Part shown: positions 57,185-64,000 of the stretch, one piece after another | Layout of the letters: each line of letters begins with the position of its first letter | How positions within the stretch are numbered: position 1 is the first letter of the stretch | Source: Selaginella moellendorffii | Lineage: Eukaryota > Plantae > Lycopodiophyta | NCBI RefSeq assembly: GCF_000143415.4 | Contig: NW_003314269.1 | Coordinates: 3,539,969-3,603,968, forward strand | DNA length: 64,000 nt | Direction of reading: 5' to 3' | Notes under the pieces: generated by a model | The model's input: only the letters and a program-made list of their open reading frames with translations | The model's database searches: none | Told to the model about the DNA's origin: nothing | Program-made: the position numbers and the translations under genes

Positions 57185-60017
57185 TTGAAGCCGAATGGAG
57201 GCCATGACAATCGAGGCCGGACTCGCTGGCGAATGTGCACTGTGTGTGCAGCGAATCGTAGTAGCAAGGCTACTCTGCCACTTACAGTTGGAGAGTGGCG
57301 CTGAAATCTCCCAGGACGCCAAGTGGGCTGCGTGTGGGTGGCGGAGTGGGCGGCGGAGTTGGCGGCGAAGTTACAAACTGGGTGTGTCTTGAAGTGGACG
57401 CCGATGCACACGAGCGCGATGCGAGTGCGAGTGTGATGCAAGCGCGAGTGGACGCTGGTAGATGAGCGCGAATGTGAGCATGATCGCGAGTGGGAGCGCG
57501 ATGCGAGCACGAGTGTGATGCGAGCGCGAGCGCGAGTGTGCAAGCGCGAGTACGAAGCAAAATGCAAAACCTAACCTCACACGCGCGAAATGTCACAACG
57601 GTTGGTAATCCCGCCACGTCATCATTCCTCGGACTTAGGCGCCACCATTAATTTCTGGATTGCCGCGCGCATGCAAGCACGCAAAATCCAAAAGAAATCC
57701 GCAACATCATCATTCCTCGGACTGCATGCACGCGAAATCCAAAAGAAAGATCATGATTGGGATATCATTTAATACCCTCACTATATTTATACCATGCATG
57801 ATTGGATATTCCAAAGCATCTTGTATTTCCAAAAATGGCATATGTTCAGCTAAATAAAGAAATTCTATCTGTTTCTATTTTTCTCTCAAATCAATATTAT
57901 AGCGTGTGGGCTCATGCAATTTTGAACCAAAGAAACCCAAAAAACGTTGGACCCAAAATATTTTAAAAAAACCCAAAAAACCCTAAACATTTTAAACCCA
58001 AAAATCCAGGCGTCCTGTGGCATTATTCCTTGAATGGCGTGTGGGCACATGCCATTTTCAGGGCCAAATGCTGAATGGAGAAAAATTCCCTTTCAGTGCA
58101 AATGCTGCAAGAAGCAGATGCCGAGCACAAAGGACTGCAACTACCTCACATGACACAGATAAACTTTTCTCTATTTGGCAAAGATAAACTTTATAGCGTG
58201 TGAGCTCATGCAATTCTGAACCCAAAAAATACACCAAAAAATTCTCGGCATCATCTGGCGTTATCTCTTGAATGGCGTGGGGCCACATGCCATTTTCAGG
58301 GGCACATAGGAGTATTTTCCTAGGATATTCTGACACGCGCGAGATTTTTTTGAGTTTTCTGGAGATCCAACTGTTAGATCGCAACTAGATTTTACAGAAT
58401 GGTATACAATGTCTTTCTTGATGACCCTGCAAAGAAGCATCTCGATCGGACACCACATGAGACCACACGAGCCTTACAATGTTTCAGGGGCATTTGCCAT
58501 AGATCCGACCGTTATTTTGCTCCAAGATTTTACAGTTTGGTGTGCATTGACCTTTCCATCGACACTGCAAAGGGACATCACAATCAGATGCGGGATCACA
58601 AGAAACTAACTTCACTAACTCTGGTTTCACCAAGATCTACGTAAGGAGTTATGAAATGAAAGGACCCTCTCTATTGAAATGTGTTTATGGTCCTAGGGGC
58701 ATTGTGACATATCAAAGGATTTTGCATCAAGTTCTGTATTTGCATGTTTATCAAGCTACTGAATTGCTAAACCCTAAACCCTAAACCCTAAACATGTGGC
58801 AAATGCTGCGTGAAGAAAGATGCCCTTTCTGGGCAAATGCTGTAAGAGGCAGATGCCGAACAGATGTATCTCAGGCTAGCGAAGGGGACAAACGAAAGCT
58901 AGCTATAAACATGACGGGATGCAAATAGATTACTGGGCTGGTCCTGCGAAAATCAAAAACCATAATTGAAAACATTGAAAATGCAAAAAGAAAAGTTTAT
59001 AATATTTTTGAATTTTAAGCAACCAAAGGAATGTAAGTAGGGCATGTGTTTGTAAGTTTAAAAATGCCTCAACCACTTAAATTCCCAAGTAAATAAAGCT
59101 GTTTCTATTTTTGGTACAGGTAAACTTTATAGCGTGTGGGCTCATGCAATTTTGAACCCAAAAATGCACCAAAAAATGCTCGACTAGCATTATTCTTTGA
59201 ATGGCGTGTGGCCTTATATTGCCATAAATGGACGTACACACACAGCATAATTATTCCTTTACATGGCGAATAATCTTGGCGCGGATCGCTGACATGGCAT
59301 GGCAAAGTTCGAATCACTGACATGGCACAGTTGGATCGAGGCAAGGACATGATGTGACAAAGTTCAACCTCCGACAGCAAAGTCTAGAAGCTACTCAGTT
59401 TGAAATTTGTCAGAGGAGTCATAAGATCTGGTTTGTCAGAGGATTTGATGTGACGTTCAAGCGTGTGTTATTTTTGAATTCTCGAACTCATTCCTAGGTC
59501 TATCATTTTTGTGCGCCGTGTTCTTGGTTCCGCTGAGCGCAGTGAGCGCTGCTTGTGTAAGCGGCGTTGTGAGCTGTGGTTTATGCGTCTATGAGCGGTT
59601 GCGGCATTGCGAGCGCCATTGCGAGCGGCAGTTTATGCGAGTGGCAGTTTGTGCGAGCGGCGCTACGAGCAGTTGTGGTGTTGCGAGCGGCGCTACGAGC
59701 AGTTGCAGTGTTGCGAGCGGCACTGTCTTTGGTGTGGCTACCGCTTCCTCTTGATATTCGGCACTTGTGCTTCCTGGTATGTTCACCATGGAATGGCTTA
59801 GGACCACATTTAGAAATGGCATGAGGCCACATGCCATCTTGGGCCCTTGCAATTTCATGGCTAGCGTATTGTCATGTATGTTTTTACTTGCTTGCAGCTG
59901 TGTGTATATCAAGATGGCATGTGGCCTCATGCTATTGAGGTTGTTTGGTATGTTATGATTTAGGCCATTCTCCAATCATTTTTTGTATGGTTTTAACTTC
60001 TTTTCTGCACTTTCAGA

Positions 60018-63000
60018 ATGGCCTTCAGGGTTGGGGAAAAGGTTTACATTTTGAATGGTGGAAAAAGAGTTGCAAAAGGGACCCTTGTGTATATGGATCA
60101 GAACTTTGTTATACACTGTCAAAGGCTTGGGGAAGGCAATGCTGCTGTATCAGTAGAGATTGTCTTCGATGGGAATGTGGTCGCTATTGAACGAGGAGAG
60201 ATGGTCGTCGGGGTAAATGTTGTTGTTGCCTTGAAAAATCTTCAGAAGAAAGTAGATGTTAGGGATAGCGCAAGTGCGACGCATGTTCCCTCCACGGATC
60301 TTAAGAACCGTGCTACATGGATTCAGGCGAAGGTGTTTCTAAACAACCCTGAGGGGGAGGTGGTAGCTGAGGGCTTAGCCACAGTTGTCGATCCAAGAGA
60401 TGCGGTTGCTAATCAAGAATTGGGCTGGGATGATATTGGAGTTGCGATTTTAGAGGTTGTTGACACAGAAGAAAATAGTCTGACTATTGAAAGCATTGTG
60501 CGGTGGAAATTGAGGCAGTTAGTGTTTGAGAATGTGAAGGATTCACAATCAAACACCACTACAACTGATGACAGAACATCTCTTCATGGGAAAAGAAAGT
60601 ACACCTTCCTAAAGCACAGCCAAAGGGATCTGAGCAACGAACCGAAAAGGCAGAAAATGGCGATGGAGGTTCGAATGGTCTCGACAGTTGCTTGTTGCAA
60701 GAGGAGGTGTTTTTAACATGCTGATTGGGATGCTATTGAAGAGGAGAGAGCAAGATACAAGACATTGTCCTGGAAGGCAGCTCGCAATTTTGTGTATGAG
60801 GCATTACGGTCATTTGTTGATGCTTCAGAACATCAGGTGGGGGGCATGGTCTTCCAGAGGGGTTTGGTCTGCATGAAGGCATGGAGAATCATTTATGGAG
60901 TCCCTCGAACCACATTCTACAGAATCAAAACTGAGTTCGAGGAACAAAGGGTTCAACAGGCAGTCCATGGGAACGACGGTACGCACAAAACCAGGGGTCA
61001 TGTTGTATATGGAGAGGCAATCTTCAAGAGGTTTGTTGAGACATGTAGCGAGCAACAACCACATAAAACCCGCCTCTTGGAAGATGGAACACGAGACACC
61101 CAACGAGTTCTCCCTTCCATGTATACCAAGGGGGGCCATATTGGAAGATGTGAATCGGGAACTCCAGAGTAATGGCTACAGGAAGCTGAGTCAATCTAGA
61201 TTTAGTAGATTGTGGAGCAACAGGTTCAGGGATGTGAGTATAGGAAAGTACTCCAGCTTTTCAAAGTGTGACGAGTGCACTGCTATCAAAATGGCTTTGT
61301 CGAAGAATTCTTGCAGCACTTAAGAGCGAGAGACGTTGGTTAGAAGGCGGCTCGACCACAACATCGAGCAAAGAAGCTGCAGGACTGCATATTATCATAA
61401 CAGGATTCTCTCCATGGAGAGACCTGACTCTTACCTCTATATCATCCACGACAAAATGGACCAGAAAAAGACGTGCTTACCTCGACTCAATCCTGCCCCC
61501 AAGGCAATCTCTTCATCCATGCAGCTGCCTGTGTCTCTGTTTGGCATAATCGCTCATGGGCATGGTGCCCAGAACTATGGGAACTTCTTTGTACCTCTAT
61601 GGGGTGGCGGAGGTGCAAACATGATGATTGCGTCCCTAGCAAAACACTTAAGGTCTCTGCAAAGTGCGCAGACTGAGCTGAACGGCCAACCCTTGCATAA
61701 GGCCCTTGTCGATTGAACCCCATACAGGGTTCAGCTGGAGGAGGAGCAAAGGCTTGCAATATCACGTGGGGCCCCATGCCATCCCAGTGAATATGTTGGC
61801 CGTCAGATTGTAGGGTTATCACGTGAGGCCTCATGCCATTCCGACGAGGCTGGTCGCCCGGTGAATGCACAGCCTCATCCAAATGAAGCAGAATCTCAAG
61901 GAAGTTCTTGCGGCCGATGTGGCCTTCCACCCCATCTTCTGCTCCAAACAGACAATGCTGGCAGTGAGAACAAAAACATGTACATCTTCGCGTACTTGGC
62001 GATGCTTGTTGCCAAAGGCATATTTGAAACGGTTACACTTGGCTTTCTCATGGTTGGGCACACTCATGAAAACGTCGATGCCATGTTCAGTCACCTGGCA
62101 GAGTCCCTCCGGTGATCCAATGTCCTCACCCTCCCACAACTCTACGATGAATTCCAAAATTGCATCAAAGGCACTGTTGAAGCTGCACTTCTGACAGAGG
62201 TTCCAGACTTTAAGGGGTTTGTAAGAGGCTACATCAGGGACGGATCCGAAACGCTGATTGGCCACTCCAAGCCTCTTCAATTTCATTTCAGCATGTGTGA
62301 CGGTGCTCCAGTGATGAGGTACAAGATGAGAGAATGGGACACAGTGTGGCTGCCAGTGGACGGCATTGAACTCTTCAAGAGAGATCCCATAACTGGGGAA
62401 CCTATGATTCCTCAGGGTTCCCCACGGCCGATGCACCCGGATGGACTCAAAGACCAGGAAAGTATAGTGGCCGAGATTAGACAGCATATTGCCTTCTGGA
62501 AGAGGGGGTTGGTGTTTGGTGGAGAATCCTATTTTCAGAGGTGCAAGCCTTTGCTCGAATACTGGGAGAAGATTATATCTGGCCCTGAGTCCTTTTGGCC
62601 AGAACCCAAAGCACCAGATAGTAGCGGAACAATGTCCTCTGGAAATGTAGTGACAGATAACAATGTTGAGGATCACTATTGTGGGCCGAGGAACAAGAAG
62701 CCGGATTCAGCATTCAATCCAGTACAGGTCTGCAAAGGAATGGTCGTGTTTGCGCTGCATCACTGATGCAGAGGAGGACGTAGAAACTAACTCCTTCAAT
62801 GTAACTGTGGAGTGGTTCAAGCCAAGTTCCGGATATACGAAGGATTGCCTAGAAAAGAGATGGGTGCTGAATCCAAGGGATCCCAGCATGAGCATATCGG
62901 TGGATAATGTTGTGCATGGTTGGATGCAGAAGCAGAGTGCCACCATCACCTTGCCAGACCATGCAAGAGATGCAGCAAGAGCATTCATAACCCGGGTTCA

Positions 63001-63089
63001 AGGTGAGATTCATTAATATTCCTTTACTAAGTTTCTAATGTATTTTATTTCAAGGTGAACAATCCAAATTTGAATCAGAGGAGGCGTGA
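60018..63089 (+). pseudogene. Transposase, inactivated copy
   Basis: C>T nonsense codons ending at 60716, 61323, 61716 and 62115. Deletions near 62583 and 62750. Same G6 frameshift at 61130-61135. Confidence 0.92.
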
Positions 63090-64000
63090 TGGCATGTGGC
63101 CTTATGCCATTCCTAGGTGAGATGATACAAATAACAAGTATAAATTCTTAGTTGTTCTAGCAAATCTTACTTAAAGTTTAAGGTGAACAAGCCGAATATG
63201 AATTCATCGGATTGTTATAACAAATTGCGAGGTGATGGCATGAGGCGATACGCCATTTGAGAGTGGTAGCCATTCCTATATGAGGTGAGTGAAATATTTA
63301 TTAGAAATACCTCATTCAATTGTGCACTTCTAAGTCTTGGTCCACTCAGTACTGTTTGCATGTTTTTATTTTAATTCTTTCTCTAAAATGTTATTTAGCA
63401 TGTGGCTTCATGCCATTGCTCTCCACAATCATGCATTGAATTTTTCTATCCTTGCATAATACTTCTCCATATATATAGCATGTGCGCACATGTGATATGG
63501 TTCATTAGGCCTGATATAGTGTGTGAGGTAAAACAAAGATGATGTGACATATGCATTTACCAATCACACGTGCATAAATCTAATAATATGGCGTGTGGCC
63601 CATATTAATGGCACATAAACCCATATTGTGGGCTTACGTGCTTTATGTACCATCATTCCCTTGCAGCGTGTGTGTTGATTTCCTTTTATAACACAACGAA
63701 CTCCATATTTTAGGGTGAAGAGCGTTCTCATGGCAAGCACAAAATCTGTAAGTGAGGCAGAAAAGGAGACGGAGAAGGAGATAGATGAAGATGTAGAATA
63801 TATAAGTCTTCCAAACTCCCCGTATTATACTCCAGGTGATCATTTTTCTGAACAAACGGCAACATTAACAACTATCGAGAACGCCCCAGTAACGTCAGAG
63901 ACAACAATCCAAAGCAAAACAACTAACCCAGAGAAGGATGATAGTACCGCTAAGAGTACCAAAAAGGAGGTGTCCACTAGCGCTTAGGCTTATAATGGCG

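Larger units (their letters stand above)
51363..64000 (+). mobile_element. Sola-like DNA transposon, copy 2 (inverted, more decayed, runs off the window)
   Basis: Starts with the same 24-bp TIR at 51363-51386. Reverse-complement colinear with 48549 back to ~35795. Confidence 0.95.

Overview
Land-plant repetitive DNA with no host gene. TTTAGGG repeats, plant tRNA-iMet/tRNA-Arg primer sites and 47-57 nt introns are present; the very short introns would fit a Selaginella-like genome, which is inference only. The window is a nested stack of transposons. (1) A decayed family-A LTR element (1-14540) is interrupted by a full-length minus-strand Ty3/Gypsy element (1851-12147, TSD TGCTT, tRNA-Arg PBS). 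(2) Helitron remnants and LTR fragments occupy 14541-22328. (3) A complete but non-coding family-A LTR element (22329-50275, TSD TGAGA) hosts a second non-coding LTR element (24647-32147, TSD GTTGA) and a 13.4-kb DNA transposon (35148-48549; perfect 24-bp TIRs, 4-bp TSD GTCT). (4) A second, inverted, more decayed copy of that DNA transposon runs from 51363 past the window end. The DNA transposon is the most interesting object. It encodes a Sola-like DDD transposase split by a +1 frameshift that both copies share. Divergently, it carries an 11-exon cargo gene that I spliced by hand into one open ~1618-aa frame: ParB/Srx-like GQHS domain, degenerate N6/N4-methyltransferase-like fold, acidic linker, FCP1/NIF-type HAD phosphatase. 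About 25 copies of a 22-bp palindrome (ATGGCRTG-N6-CAYGCCAT) lie in its introns, exons and spacer, and I saw none outside it. This suggests a parS/ParB-like self-recognition module in a eukaryotic transposon. All domain calls are by-eye motif recognition and need HMM or structure confirmation.
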